Below are positions 49,539-60,130 of a DNA stretch of 64,000 nucleotides, piece by piece. The stretch spans positions 224,001-288,000 of the forward strand of contig CBDATS010000002.1 in NCBI GenBank assembly GCA_965200245.1. The letters run 5' to 3'. Made by a program: the position numbers and the translations under genes. This DNA is from a bacterium. GTDB lineage: Bacteria; UBA8248. The notes under the pieces are model-generated. The model saw nothing but the letters and a program-made list of their open reading frames with translations. It was not told where the DNA came from and did no database searches. Position 1 is the stretch's first letter. Each line of letters begins with the position of its first letter.

Positions 49539-50737
49539 GCCGGGCGGAGAGAATCGGAACGGGGACGGGTGCGGAAAGACAGGTGCAGGACATCCCCTGG
49601 GGCGCACTCGCCATTTTGTTCACCGCCCACTTCGTGGTGGACGGCACGGTGAATTTCATCGCCCCGCTCCTGCCCCTGATCCGGGAGCAATTCCAGGTCT
49701 CGCTCTCCACAGGGGGCCTGCTCCTCACGTTCGTCTCGATGAGCGCTGCCCTTTCACAACCGATCACGGCGATTCTGGTGGACCGCTGGCCGGGCCTCCC
49801 CTGGCTCGTCGCAGGGATGGTCGGCAGTGCGCTGTTCATCACCTCCATCGGCTGGGCGCCGAACTTCACGACCCTCACCATCATGGTCGCCATCGGCGGC
49901 GCGATGGTCGGCCTTTGCCATCCGGACATGGCGTCGCGCGCCGGAGCGCTTTCGGAACACCGCAAGGGGCTGGTGGTGAGCGTTTTCATCGCCGGCGGGC
50001 GCGTGGGCCACGGGCTGGGACCCGTCATCGCCATCGGCATCGTCTCGCTCGGGGGCATGAAATGGCTCTGGGCGTTCACCCTGGTGGCAGTCGGGATCGC
50101 ACTGGCGGTGCAATACGGGCTGCCGAAACCCGAGTCGCCCCACAGAACCGAAGACAGTCAAGCCTCCATCTGGGACTTCGTCACAGCACTGCGCTCAGCG
50201 GGTACGCCGCTGCTCCTGCTCTCTGGCGTCACGATTTGCCGCGCCGTCGTGAACATCAACTTCATCAGCCTGATCCCCTCGTTATATGCCGAACACGGCA
50301 TGGGCATCTGGAGCGGAGGAGCGGCCAGCGCCATCATGCTCACATCGGGCGCATTGGGCGTCATGGCGGGCGGTGCCCTGGGCGACCGCTTCGGGAAAAA
50401 GGAGGTTATCGTCGGCGGCATCGGACTCGGCGCCTTGTGCGTCTGCGCTTTTCTGGTGGTGCCGCCCCAGTGGGGCTTCGCGCTGCTGGCTTTCCTGGGC
50501 GTCGCCACCTACCTCCCGATGGGGGTGACGATGGCATTCGCCCAGCAACTGATGCCCCACAACCGGGGACTGGCCAGTTCGATCACGCTCGGACTCTCGT
50601 GGTTCATCGCGAGCCTGACGGTCTACCCTATGTCGGTTCTCGGCGAGTGGTTCGGCCTGGCCAACGCCTTCTGGGCACTGCCCGGTTTTTTCATCGCCGC
50701 GCGCGCGTTCGCGTGCTTTCTGCCGAAGGTACGGTAA
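49535..50737 (+). CDS. MFS transporter (Fsr-like)
   Basis: HFVVD, PLLP, QP, HP, GGALGDRFG.K; ATGA-coupled to previous MFS. Confidence 0.88.
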   Translation: MSRAERIGTGTGAERQVQDIPWGALAILFTAHFVVDGTVNFIAPLLPLIREQFQVSLSTGGLLLTFVSMSAALSQPITAILVDRWPGLPWLVAGMVGSALFITSIGWAPNFTTLTIMVAIGGAMVGLCHPDMASRAGALSEHRKGLVVSVFIAGGRVGHGLGPVIAIGIVSLGGMKWLWAFTLVAVGIALAVQYGLPKPESPHRTEDSQASIWDFVTALRSAGTPLLLLSGVTICRAVVNINFISLIPSLYAEHGMGIWSGGAASAIMLTSGALGVMAGGALGDRFGKKEVIVGGIGLGALCVCAFLVVPPQWGFALLAFLGVATYLPMGVTMAFAQQLMPHNRGLASSITLGLSWFIASLTVYPMSVLGEWFGLANAFWALPGFFIAARAFACFLPKVR

Positions 50738-51138
50738 TACGCACGACAAAAAGACGACCCCGAAGTTCAAAAGCAGAGCGACCGCGAGCGGGTTGTGTCG
50801 AGAAGCGCGACTGGTCAAGCCGCGCCCGCTTCCAAGGTGAAAACAGGCCGCGCTGCCAATCGCGCGCACTACGCGGCCGGTAAGGCTGCCTAAAAACCCT
50901 ATGCAGGGCGAATACGGGAGCCAAGCCCCGGCTCAACGCAGCCTCGGCCTCACATTGACCACCCAATCATCCAACAACACCATGATCAACAAACTGAATA
51001 CGTCAGCGTCTCACCCTGATTGTCACGCATATAAGGGCAGATGAAATGACAACTGGCCGGAAACGCATTCGAATCGGATTTTTTCCTACGGAATTTCATG
51101 GCTCAAGGGATTGACACATCATATTGTGTTCAGAGAAA

Positions 51139-52362
51139 TCATTTGCAGGCACGCGCCTGCACGTCCCGAATGAAGTCGCGGAGATTCCAGAGCCATGCAC
51201 GCTGGCCATTCGTGTAGGTTTCCTGAATTGACTGTGGCACCACCAGTTGCAGGTCTGAGCTCGCCATCTGGCTTGTTTGCGGTTCTGAAATCCCCGGTTC
51301 AAGTGTAAGGAGATGCTTTCTCGGAATCTTCGATGCCTCAGCCAGCACCTGTCTCCATCGATCCTTGCAGCTCGACTTCGCAACGAGCATGGTCAGGCAC
51401 GCATGGCCAGCGTCAGGAGCGGCCCGATACGCTTCTATACCGGGAAACAGGAAATCCGGTCGCTGGTTGTTCTCGGTTACGGCACCGCGGACACAGGCGA
51501 TCCCGTGGGCACGGAACACTGCTTCCAGATGGTGTTCCAGTGCCTGTCCCATGCGCGATTTCCTCCGGTTCTGGACACTGAGCGAGAAGCGGATGAAGCC
51601 GTCAACATCAGCCGCTCCGCTCCCGTCCCGGAATCCTCCTTCAAGGCGTGTGGCAACAATCCGTCGTTCAAGACGCCGGAACAACGCTTCCTCGTGGCTC
51701 AGCCACGCCACAAGCGCCGTATCGGGGTCGTCCTCGGCCCTTACCCCGGGCAGCGTGTCGCGGGCGAGGCCGGAGAATTCCACGGTCCCCGGAAATGTAA
51801 TACCGAACCGATCGATTATGGTGTCCAGCCTGCCTGCATCCGGCTCTTCAGGCTCGATGCCAATCTCGTCGAGGATGAAACGCGCAGCAAAGTCCAGTTC
51901 CGGCTCGTCATCCGCGACCTCGCGTGACACGAATGACCGCCCGCTCGGGTGAAGGTCGAAAAGCCATGAGAGTTGCCGTTCGCTGGTTGACCCTTCCGAT
52001 GCGACGATGAAATACAGCGTCCGGTCGCCGGTCATGGCGAGAAACAGAGAATCGTGTTCCCGCATGGCCTCCGTGACCGGATTGGATGGATAGTAGAGGC
52101 ACCATTCCGGTGCCCTGTGTGCCTGCTGTTCCCGCGCATCGTAGTGAGTGGCGGTGCCCTCGACAGTGAAGCCGTCCTGCTCCTCGCCAAGCCAGACTCA
52201 GACAACCGGGAACCGTTGCTGGACTTCGCCGAGGAACTGGCGGCGCATGTCCCGGGTGGTGCCCACCTCGTGCTGGTTGGACCGGCCGGGTTCGGCGTCC
52301 ACGGCGGTCAGCCGCTTGACACCCGCTCCGGTGAAACAGTCACGTAACTGTCCGCGTCTCAT
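51139..52362 (-). pseudogene. EcoRII-family restriction endonuclease with in-frame TGA
   Basis: KRLTAVD..SNQHE N-domain; NRRKSRMG..LE.H, PDFLFP, KSSCKDRWRQVL.EA, HLLTL; TGA at 52198-52200 (codon 55). Confidence 0.85.
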
Positions 52363-52813
52363 CGCCGCCCATATCCATTTCCGGCTCGTCGGACTCCAGC
52401 CATGCTGCGCACCGTTCCGCCATCACGTCGTCCGGAAGACGTGACCGCCCCTTAAGGGCGCATTCCCAGATCGTGGCCACCCGCCAGCCGCTGTCCAGCA
52501 ATGCCTCCAGGTTCCTGCCATCGCGGGCAACGTTCGAGTTGATCTTGTGTCGCCAGAATTCACTTCGGGTCTTCGGCCATTTGAACAGATGGCAGTCATG
52601 GCCGTGCCAGAAACATCCGTGGACAAGAATCACCGCCCTGTGCTTCGGAAACACGATATCCGGCTTGCCGGGAAGATCCTTTCGGTGCACGCGGAACCGG
52701 AATCCCAGCCGATGCAGCGCAGAGCGGATTGCCTTCTCCGGCCTCGTATCCCTGCCCTTGATCCCCGCCATCATCCGGCTGCGGACATCCGGCGTCACGG
52801 TATCGGCAGCCAT
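52340..52813 (-). CDS. vsr: very short patch repair endonuclease Vsr
   Basis: RS..M..I..RDT.PE, LPGKPDIV, VHGCFWHGH, FW..KI..N..RD, GWRV..IWEC. Confidence 0.95.
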   Translation of the reverse strand: MAADTVTPDVRSRMMAGIKGRDTRPEKAIRSALHRLGFRFRVHRKDLPGKPDIVFPKHRAVILVHGCFWHGHDCHLFKWPKTRSEFWRHKINSNVARDGRNLEALLDSGWRVATIWECALKGRSRLPDDVMAERCAAWLESDEPEMDMGGDETRTVT

Positions 52814-52816
52814 GGG

Positions 52817-54088
52817 TCAGGTGGCCACGGCCGGCTCTGGAAACAGGAACTCGTTCTGGAGCGCGGAAGGTAGCTGGCGCCCTTCCCGTGAAAGCAGTTC
52901 GGCGATATGCGGCTTCATGAGTCGGGCCACGGCACGGGCCACGGGCACGACCACGGCGTTGCCGAATTGGCGATAGGCCTGGGTATCCGACACCGGGATC
53001 CTGAACGCTGCCCCGCCCGGCCTTTCGAAACCCATCAGGCGCGCGCATTCCCTCGGAGTCAGGCGACGGGGCCGGCGACCCTCCTGCCGGATCAGTATCT
53101 CCGAACCGTCCTTGTAGTAGCGCGCAGAAAGGGTACGGGCCACATCATCCGGACCGAACAGGGAATAGCCGAATCCGTTGCCCGCGCGCCGGTGCCTTTC
53201 CCTGTAGTCCTGAAGATAGTTCCACAAGTGGCTGCTGAGCGTGTACTTCGGATCGACATCCGTATCCAGGACCGCCCGGAGAATAGGTCTCCGGCCGGCC
53301 GGTATTGCCAGTCCGTCGAAATCGAAAGCCGTCGGCTCCCGGAACCCGACCATGAATATCCGCTCCCGCTTCTGGGGAACCCACGGAGAGGAGTCCACAA
53401 CCCGCGTGCGGACGCTGTAGCCCAGCTCGCTCTCAAGCACGTGCATGATTGTCGCGAAGGTCCGGCCGCCGTCGTGCCGCTCCAGATTCTTCACATTCTC
53501 GAGCAGGAAGGCAGGCGGGCGGTGATAGTCGAGTATCTTCGCCAGGTCGTAGAAAAGCGTCCCCTGCGTGTCGCAAAGGAAACCGTGCGGCTGGCCGAGC
53601 GAATTCTTCTTCGACACACCGGCAATCGAAAACGGCTGGCACGGGAACCCCGCCAGCAGGACATCATGCGCAGGCACTGTCCCGGGCTTCTCTGCATACG
53701 GACGTATGTCGCCCGCAAATTCGTGATCACTTTCTGCCGGTTCCGGGAAATTCGCGGTGTAGGTCTCCCTGCAGAACCGATCCCACTCAGACGTGAACAC
53801 GCAGCGGCCACCGATTTCCTCGAACGGGCGGCGCAACCCGCCAATCCCGGCAAAGAGATCGATGAAGCGAAAACCCTCCTGCCGGCCTGCGGGACAGCGG
53901 GTATTCGCGACCTCGCGAAGCTTTTCGATCTTCAGCCGGTCAATACGTTTACTTTCGCCATTGATGTAGCGCCGCACGGTTCTGGCACTGACGCCCAGCA
54001 ATTCGGCAGCCTCTCCAATACCCAGCCCGGCACGGGTCATCAGTTCAGGGAATTCGCTGGTGCCTCGAAGGTTCATGTCATCATCCAT
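52817..54088 (-). CDS. dcm: DNA cytosine-5 methyltransferase with N-terminal HTH (Dcm/M.EcoRII-like)
   Basis: FIDLFAGIGG, GFPCQPFS, ENVKNL, PQ.RER, TLSARYYKDGSEIL, RRLTPRECARL, YRQFGNAV. Confidence 0.93.
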   Translation of the reverse strand: MDDDMNLRGTSEFPELMTRAGLGIGEAAELLGVSARTVRRYINGESKRIDRLKIEKLREVANTRCPAGRQEGFRFIDLFAGIGGLRRPFEEIGGRCVFTSEWDRFCRETYTANFPEPAESDHEFAGDIRPYAEKPGTVPAHDVLLAGFPCQPFSIAGVSKKNSLGQPHGFLCDTQGTLFYDLAKILDYHRPPAFLLENVKNLERHDGGRTFATIMHVLESELGYSVRTRVVDSSPWVPQKRERIFMVGFREPTAFDFDGLAIPAGRRPILRAVLDTDVDPKYTLSSHLWNYLQDYRERHRRAGNGFGYSLFGPDDVARTLSARYYKDGSEILIRQEGRRPRRLTPRECARLMGFERPGGAAFRIPVSDTQAYRQFGNAVVVPVARAVARLMKPHIAELLSREGRQLPSALQNEFLFPEPAVAT

Positions 54089-54239
54089 GTGTCATTTCAG
54101 GACAATATGTCATGATTTGCCCCAGTGCACAACCCGGCATGTTGGAACGTGCCGACGAGAGCCGTCGGGTCGTCTGTCCCGAGGATCCGCCCACGAGGTG
54201 ATCGTCGATAACGGACGATGCCCTTGCACGGGCTCTCAG

Positions 54240-54737
54240 TGACTTCTGGCCATGGCTCCATGCGATGGCGTAGTCGAATATGTTGCGTAGCATGTCATAA
54301 CTGAGGTTCGCTCCCCCAGCTTTCTGTGCCCGTATTCACAGAAGAAGCGGGCAATGTCGGTTCGCACAACTGATCTGACGTGTAGATGGCCGGGAGCGGC
54401 AATGGGCAGGTGATGGCCGCCCTACTCACGCACGAGAAATGCAAGTGCTGCGGATCACACTTGGTCGGCCTTCACCATATCGGGCTTGCCGAGCGTGACG
54501 CGACGTGGCTTGCTGTCACGGCGGAAGCGAAACACCCGGGATCGTGCGCCATGGACGAGGACAAGGCCACTGTACCTGGCACGGGGCCCGGTCGAGGCGG
54601 TCAATGAGAGCGTAGTCCCTGTTGCCGGCGATAACGACAGGGGTTCAAGTATCCGCATGTCGTCAAGCCTGGCCCGAGCACGGATGCGGCACCCAGTCTT
54701 CTGAAGATCAGTGGCGGGCGCGAGGATTCCTGCCCAT
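54240..54737 (-). mobile_element. degraded tyrosine integrase (arm-binding and SAM-like domain relics)
   Basis: GARSRVFRFRRDSKPRRVTLG fragment, then RTDIARFF..GGAN...LRNIFDYAIAW; multiple stops and shifts. Confidence 0.6.
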
Positions 54738-55352
54738 AATGACCTCCAGGGTTGTCCTCCTTACCGGGCTGACGCCGACCACGCGCGGTTCGGCGCGAAT
54801 ACTGATTCGCAACCAAGCATCGCGTCATGCTGCCATTGCTCGGCAGTGTGAGCGCCGAGCATTTCAGGCTGGTCGAAGAACTGTCTCACGTTGACCGGAC
54901 CAAAATCACCCGGGTGACCGACTGATCCCACTGTGTCATAGAGTATACTACTGCGCATCTCAAAACCCTGTCGTCGTTCACAAAAAATATCGATCTGGAA
55001 GTTTGTCCTGCACGTCGTTTGCGTGATCATACTTGGTGCACTTACCGATCTGTCAAATACAGAATATCACGCCCGAATCTACAAGCGCTTACACTCATTT
55101 GCCTGGTGAACCTGTGTTCGCTTCTACCAGGCATGGTCACTCCCGGTCGATTCGTAATCAAAACGTATACGATCGGCATGCAACGGGAGCGAAGCGAAGC
55201 ATAAATATAACGAAAATGCAAGAAGCAACAGGCAGGGACAAAAAAATACATGAGCAATAACAGATGTTTATATCAATTGAGGAAGATCCGTCGTATCATT
55301 GTCGACAAGATGGATCTCGAGTCCTGTATTTCCGCTTTTACTGTCGCCCTGC

Positions 55353-55991
55353 TCAGGCCGTAACGGCCTGCTCGGCGAGGAGTTCGTCCAGCACCCGGTC
55401 GATCCGGGGTTGCTCCGTCCAACTCGCCTTGTAGGCGATGTTCCCTTCCCTGTCGATGACGAAGACCATGTTCGGCATGCGCCCGTAGGCGTTCACCACC
55501 GCCTCGTCGATGTCGTCCACCAGAACAGGGATTTTCATGCCGAATTCTTCCACCAACTCCTTCGCATAGCCTAACTTGTGCTCGAAAGAGGTGTGCTGGG
55601 TGTATTTTTTGAAGTACTTGCGCTCCTGCGCATGGGGTTCCTTCGAATAGACAACGAAGAACTCGACATCCTTGTCCTTGTAGCGCTCATACAGTTCGTC
55701 CATGCCCGGCACCTGCCGGCGGAAGGGCGGTCACGTAATGGCGCCGAATTCCAAAACGATATTCTTCTTCCCGCGAAAATCGGCCAGATTCACGGTCTCG
55801 CCCGATGTGCTCTGGAGCTTTACCGGCGGCGCGGCCTGGCCGGGTCTGAGTTGATCCTCAAACGCCTTGTGGCGAACCTTTCTGAACCCACTCAGTTCGC
55901 GCTTGATCATCAGAAACGGATCCAGATACCATAGGCTCCACAACCCCCCCAGGGGGCCGGGCGGCCTGTCGATATAGTCTTCTTTCTGCAT
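55353..55991 (-). CDS. deiodinase-like thioredoxin-fold selenoprotein (Sec at UGA 55731-55733)
   Basis: Two track ORFs join in frame: LADFRGKKNIVLEFGAIT-U-PPFRRQ..VEFFVVYSKEPH; SECIS-like hairpin 11 nt after UGA. Confidence 0.88.
55706..55719 (-). promoter_or_regulatory. putative bacterial SECIS element
   Basis: CCGGC-AGGU-GCCGG stem-loop starting 11 nt 3' of the UGA. Confidence 0.6.
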
Positions 55992-56105
55992 CTCTCAACC
56001 TCCTGAAAAGATGAATGACGAATACGGAAAACTAGTCTATTTTCCGGGTTTTGTCGATTCCCCTGAATGAAACCGGCCCCCCGTGCGGTGATATCGCGAG
56101 AGTCG

Positions 56106-56876
56106 CTATTCGGCCTCACGCCTTTCAAACGCGCTCCAGCAGACGTCCAACACCCGCTTGAAACCCACGCCTTCGAACACGCGCTCGGACGCCTCGTTTC
56201 CCTCTACGATGTAGCAATACACCTCGCGCCCTCTCGCGAATTGCGCCTCGACAAGGGCCGATACAACCACGCGCGCAAGCCCCTGCCCGCGGAAACGTTC
56301 CATGGTGTGCAACATACCGATGGAGCCATTCGCATGGATCACCATATAGGAGGCGAGTTCTCCCCCGATGCGAATCGCCGCGGTAGGGGCGGTCTGTATT
56401 CTCGCCAGGGCGTAATCCTCCCCCTGATCGTAGGGAGAATTCTCGGCCAGCGTCTTCGCATCCTCAATTTCGAGACGTTCCACACGGTGCGTACTGAAGA
56501 CGGGCCTGAAATCTTTCTTTTCGAGAATAAACATGCCCACGGGCGATGAACGGACGAGTTTCCTTCGTTTCTCGATCGCCTTTTGCACATCGACACACAG
56601 GGAGGCGAACTTGAGATAGCCATCGCTCTCCTCTATCTGTGCGGAGAGCCGCTCCATGTCTTCCAGTTTTGCCATTATCGCCTCGCTGCGCCCCAGCGGC
56701 GCGAGCCAGCCTCGCCCGGCATGTACCACCATCCGGGGCGCGGTGAGATTATCGACCCAGAGGGGGATGTCCCCTCCCCCTTCCGCGATGGCTTCCGTAA
56801 AACGCACCCTGAGCGGTCCCTGCGCGTTCAGGAAATTCTGGATGGATTCGCTCCGGGGGTTCTCCAACCGAAACAT
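56106..56876 (-). CDS. GNAT family acetyltransferase (FR47-like C-terminus)
   Basis: IGMLHT..RFRGQGLA, N.AS..VFE..GF. Confidence 0.8.
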   Translation of the reverse strand: MFRLENPRSESIQNFLNAQGPLRVRFTEAIAEGGGDIPLWVDNLTAPRMVVHAGRGWLAPLGRSEAIMAKLEDMERLSAQIEESDGYLKFASLCVDVQKAIEKRRKLVRSSPVGMFILEKKDFRPVFSTHRVERLEIEDAKTLAENSPYDQGEDYALARIQTAPTAAIRIGGELASYMVIHANGSIGMLHTMERFRGQGLARVVVSALVEAQFARGREVYCYIVEGNEASERVFEGVGFKRVLDVCWSAFERREAE

Positions 56877-56989
56877 TTTTCGCTACACTCCTATGTCGAT
56901 GACAAACACCACCGCTGAACGGGTTGATTATACCTGCTCATCTGCTCGAATGCAGAGGCAGTAAATCCTTAAAGGCTTCAGGAGAAAAA

Positions 56990-58063
56990 ATGAAGGAATA
57001 TCGCATCATCACCATCCCAGGAGACGGGATTGGCCCCGAACTCATGGAATGCACCCTTGCCGTGCTCGAAGCCGTTCAGGAGGTGAACGGCGCCGTGAAA
57101 CTCAACCTTGAGGAACACGATGCGGGAGCGGGCCGCTACGCCAGGTACGGCAAGCGCATCAGCGATGAAACCCTCCAGGCCTGCCACGAGGCGGACGGCG
57201 TCCTCAAATCGCCTGTGGGCGACCCTGCCATCCGCACGCCGGAAGGCACCGAGGGAGGGCTTCTGGGCGGAGTGCTCAGAACCAGCCTCGATGTTTTCGC
57301 CAACATGCGGCCCGTCAGGCTCTACCCGGGCATCCGAAGTCCGCTGGCGGGCTATGAGCCCGGTGGTATCGACTACGTCGTGATTCGCGAGAACACCGAG
57401 GGTCTCTACGCCTCACGTGACAAGGGAGTCGGCGGCCCCGAAGCCGTGGCCGACACCCTGCTCATCACCCGAAAAGGGACAGAGCGCGTAGCGAGGTTCG
57501 CCTTCGAACTTTCGCGCAAAAGAAACGGTGCGCCCGAAGACGGTGTGCGGCGCGTCACCTGCGTGGACAAGGGCAATGTCCTGCGATCCCTGGCGTTTTT
57601 CCGCGAGATATTCTTCGAAGTTGCCACTGATTATCCCGATATCGAGGCGGAGGCACTGTATTCAGACGCCTGCGCCTACAATCTGGTGATTCGACCGGAA
57701 CACTATGACGTGCTGGTGATGGAGAATATGCTGGGAGACCTGCTGAGCGATTTGGGCGGCGCCACGGCAGGCGGCCTGGGAATGTGTCCGTCCGGAAATA
57801 TCGGGGAGAAATACGCCTTTTTCGAGGCGGTGCACGGATCGGCCCCCGATATCGCCGGGCAGGGCATAGCGAATCCCCTGAGTCTCATCCTCTCCGCCGC
57901 TCTCATGCTGGCCCACATCGGGGAGGAGGAGGCCGCAAAACAGATAGAAACCGGCGTGTGGGGGGCGCTCGAAGCCGGGGAAATTCGCCTGGACGACAAG
58001 GGACGCGCTCTGAACGGCAGCCGGGCCATCACCGAGGCGGTGTGCGCCCGCGTGAGGGGATGA
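56990..58063 (+). CDS. isocitrate/isopropylmalate/tartrate dehydrogenase family protein
   Basis: IPGDGIGPE, FANMRP, IRENTEGLY, VDK.NV, EN.LGDLLSDL, FEAVHGSAPDIAG.GIANP. Confidence 0.92.
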   Translation: MKEYRIITIPGDGIGPELMECTLAVLEAVQEVNGAVKLNLEEHDAGAGRYARYGKRISDETLQACHEADGVLKSPVGDPAIRTPEGTEGGLLGGVLRTSLDVFANMRPVRLYPGIRSPLAGYEPGGIDYVVIRENTEGLYASRDKGVGGPEAVADTLLITRKGTERVARFAFELSRKRNGAPEDGVRRVTCVDKGNVLRSLAFFREIFFEVATDYPDIEAEALYSDACAYNLVIRPEHYDVLVMENMLGDLLSDLGGATAGGLGMCPSGNIGEKYAFFEAVHGSAPDIAGQGIANPLSLILSAALMLAHIGEEEAAKQIETGVWGALEAGEIRLDDKGRALNGSRAITEAVCARVRG

Positions 58064-58064
58064 T

Positions 58065-58784
58065 TCAGGAAAAGCGCTCGCGCAGGAGCGTCCATACGGC
58101 GATGAAACCATCCCGCCACGTTATCTTCTTGCCCTCCGCATAGGTGCGCCCGTAGTAGGATATCGGTACCTCGTAGATGCGCCATCTGGCTGGCTTCAGG
58201 ATTTTCGCGGTAAATTCCGGCTCGAAGTCGAACCCCTTGGCACGGATTTTCATATCCTTCACCACCTCGCGGCGGAACATCTTGTAGCAGGTTTCCATGT
58301 CGGTGAGCGTACAGTTGAACAGCAGGTTCGCCAGCGTGGTCAGCATGTGGTTCCCCACCTTGTGCCAGAACATATGCACACGCTGGGGTTTTCCGCCGAA
58401 GCGCGTGCCGTAGACTACGTCGGCAGCCCCCCGGCGGATGGGGTCGTAGAGTTCGGCGTATTCGGCGGGGTCGTATTCCAGGTCTGCATCCTGTACGACG
58501 ATCACGTCTCCGCTCGCTGCAGCGAAACCGTCGCACAGGGCGGCTCCCTTGCCCTCGTTTTTCTCGCGGTAGATAACGCGCACGTCGTTTTGTTCGATCT
58601 CGGCCAAGATGTCCCGGGTGCCGTCCGTGCTGCCGTCGTCCACGATGATAAGTTCGATGCCCATCTCCACCGCCTGGACGCGGGCGACGATTTCGCGAAT
58701 CGTGTCCCGCTCGTTGTAGCAAGGCATTACCACGCTCAACAGATCCGGCATCTGGCCGTCATCGTTCACAACAACTCTCTCCAT
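58065..58784 (-). CDS. glycosyltransferase family 2 (DPM1-like)
   Basis: LSVVMPCYNE, VDDGSTDGT, QDADLEYDP, TDMETCYK, EGKKITWRDG. Confidence 0.92.
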   Translation of the reverse strand: MERVVVNDDGQMPDLLSVVMPCYNERDTIREIVARVQAVEMGIELIIVDDGSTDGTRDILAEIEQNDVRVIYREKNEGKGAALCDGFAAASGDVIVVQDADLEYDPAEYAELYDPIRRGAADVVYGTRFGGKPQRVHMFWHKVGNHMLTTLANLLFNCTLTDMETCYKMFRREVVKDMKIRAKGFDFEPEFTAKILKPARWRIYEVPISYYGRTYAEGKKITWRDGFIAVWTLLRERFS

Positions 58785-58965
58785 CCGAGGGTCGGGCGCG
58801 CTATTCGCCCAGGAGGGTATCGCGCCAAAGCCTACATGCTCCCTCCTGCATGGTCAATTTATTTCAAGCGTCAGGGTTCTCCGGCTTGGCAAGCGGCGAC
58901 CCCACGTGAGAGTATTGCTGCGCTTTGAATTTCATCACATCTGACTACAACTTCGGGATTATGAA

Positions 58966-60093
58966 ATGCCATCGCCCCTGCTCGAGAAAATGAAGACGCT
59001 TTGCGCCCTGCCCGGCCCACCGGGTCATGAGGGCGCGGTGCGTGACGCCATCGTGGAGATGTTGAAAGGCTGCGCGAGCGAGTTGCGGCGCGACCATATC
59101 GGGAACCTCATCGCCCGCCACAAAGCGAGCGAGTCGGCCCCGCACATTCTTCTGGAATGCCACATGGACGAGGTCGGGCTCATCGTCACGGAAGTGGAAC
59201 GGGGTGGCGCGATTCGCTTCGAGAAAGTGGGACTCGTGGCGGATTCGGTTTTCCCTGGCCGTGAGATATCCCTCCTGACGCTGGATGGCAATCTCCATCG
59301 GGGCGTCGTCAACGTACGCAGCGGGCATCTCCAGTCCCTGCAGGGACAGGAACATCCCGGCGTCGACAAGATGTGGATTGATCTGGGGGTTTCCGACGAT
59401 GCGCCGATTCGCGCCATCGGTATCGAGGCGGGCACGCCGGGCGTATTCCACAGTCCCTTCACACAGCTTCCCGGTGGAGCGTGGAAATCGAAGGCCGTGG
59501 ACAACCGTTCGGGCTGCGCCCTCTGCGTGGAGGCGTTCATCAACACGGCCAACTCGCTTTCGGACAAACTCCGCCTGAGCACCGCCTTCTGCGTACAGGA
59601 AGAAATCGGAGGGCGCGGTGCTTCGGTGCTTTCGGTGGATGAAACAGGCAGCAACACACCCTCCCTCGCCATCGTGCTCGACAACGTCCCCTCAGACGGC
59701 CCGGGCAGGTCCGACGCACGGGGGTCGAAGATCGGGGCGGGGCCGGTATTGCGCAGATACGACCACCAGCCCATGAGCCTCTACGGCCACATCACCCCGC
59801 CCGAACTCATCCGGTGGGTGAAGGACGTGGCGAGCGAAGCCCATGTACCCCTGCAGGAAGACGTGTTCCTGGGCACGTTTCTCGATTCCGCCACCCTGAG
59901 CAAATCCCGGCCGGGCGGATTGCCCGTCGTGCCGATCAACCTGCCGAGGCGCTATTCCCACAGCCCCGTGGAGACGTTCATGGAATCAGATCTGGAGGCC
60001 ACGGCCGCGCTCATCGGCGCGCTTCTGCGCTCCGCCGCCGAGGGGGGAGCGCCCGTCCTGGGGCGGGACTACCTGTCTTCCCCGGATGCGTGA
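58966..60093 (+). CDS. M42 family metallopeptidase
   Basis: GPPGHE, HMDEVG, KAVDNR.G, QEEIG.RGA, RYSHSP.E. Confidence 0.88.
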   Translation: MPSPLLEKMKTLCALPGPPGHEGAVRDAIVEMLKGCASELRRDHIGNLIARHKASESAPHILLECHMDEVGLIVTEVERGGAIRFEKVGLVADSVFPGREISLLTLDGNLHRGVVNVRSGHLQSLQGQEHPGVDKMWIDLGVSDDAPIRAIGIEAGTPGVFHSPFTQLPGGAWKSKAVDNRSGCALCVEAFINTANSLSDKLRLSTAFCVQEEIGGRGASVLSVDETGSNTPSLAIVLDNVPSDGPGRSDARGSKIGAGPVLRRYDHQPMSLYGHITPPELIRWVKDVASEAHVPLQEDVFLGTFLDSATLSKSRPGGLPVVPINLPRRYSHSPVETFMESDLEATAALIGALLRSAAEGGAPVLGRDYLSSPDA

Positions 60094-60130
60094 AATCCGG
60101 AACACACCATAATCTGGAGAGACGAGACCT

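Noticed and set aside
50740-51138. tRNA or att site at the RM islet boundary
   Set aside because: No T-loop GTTCRA with cloverleaf and no matching direct repeat at the other end were found by eye
7355-52200. Alternative genetic code (TAG or TGA readthrough) to explain several in-frame stops
   Set aside because: Intact genes end normally at both TAG (32465, 33821, 34800) and TGA (18679, 19282) and TGG is used for Trp; only the UGA at 55731 has a Sec context
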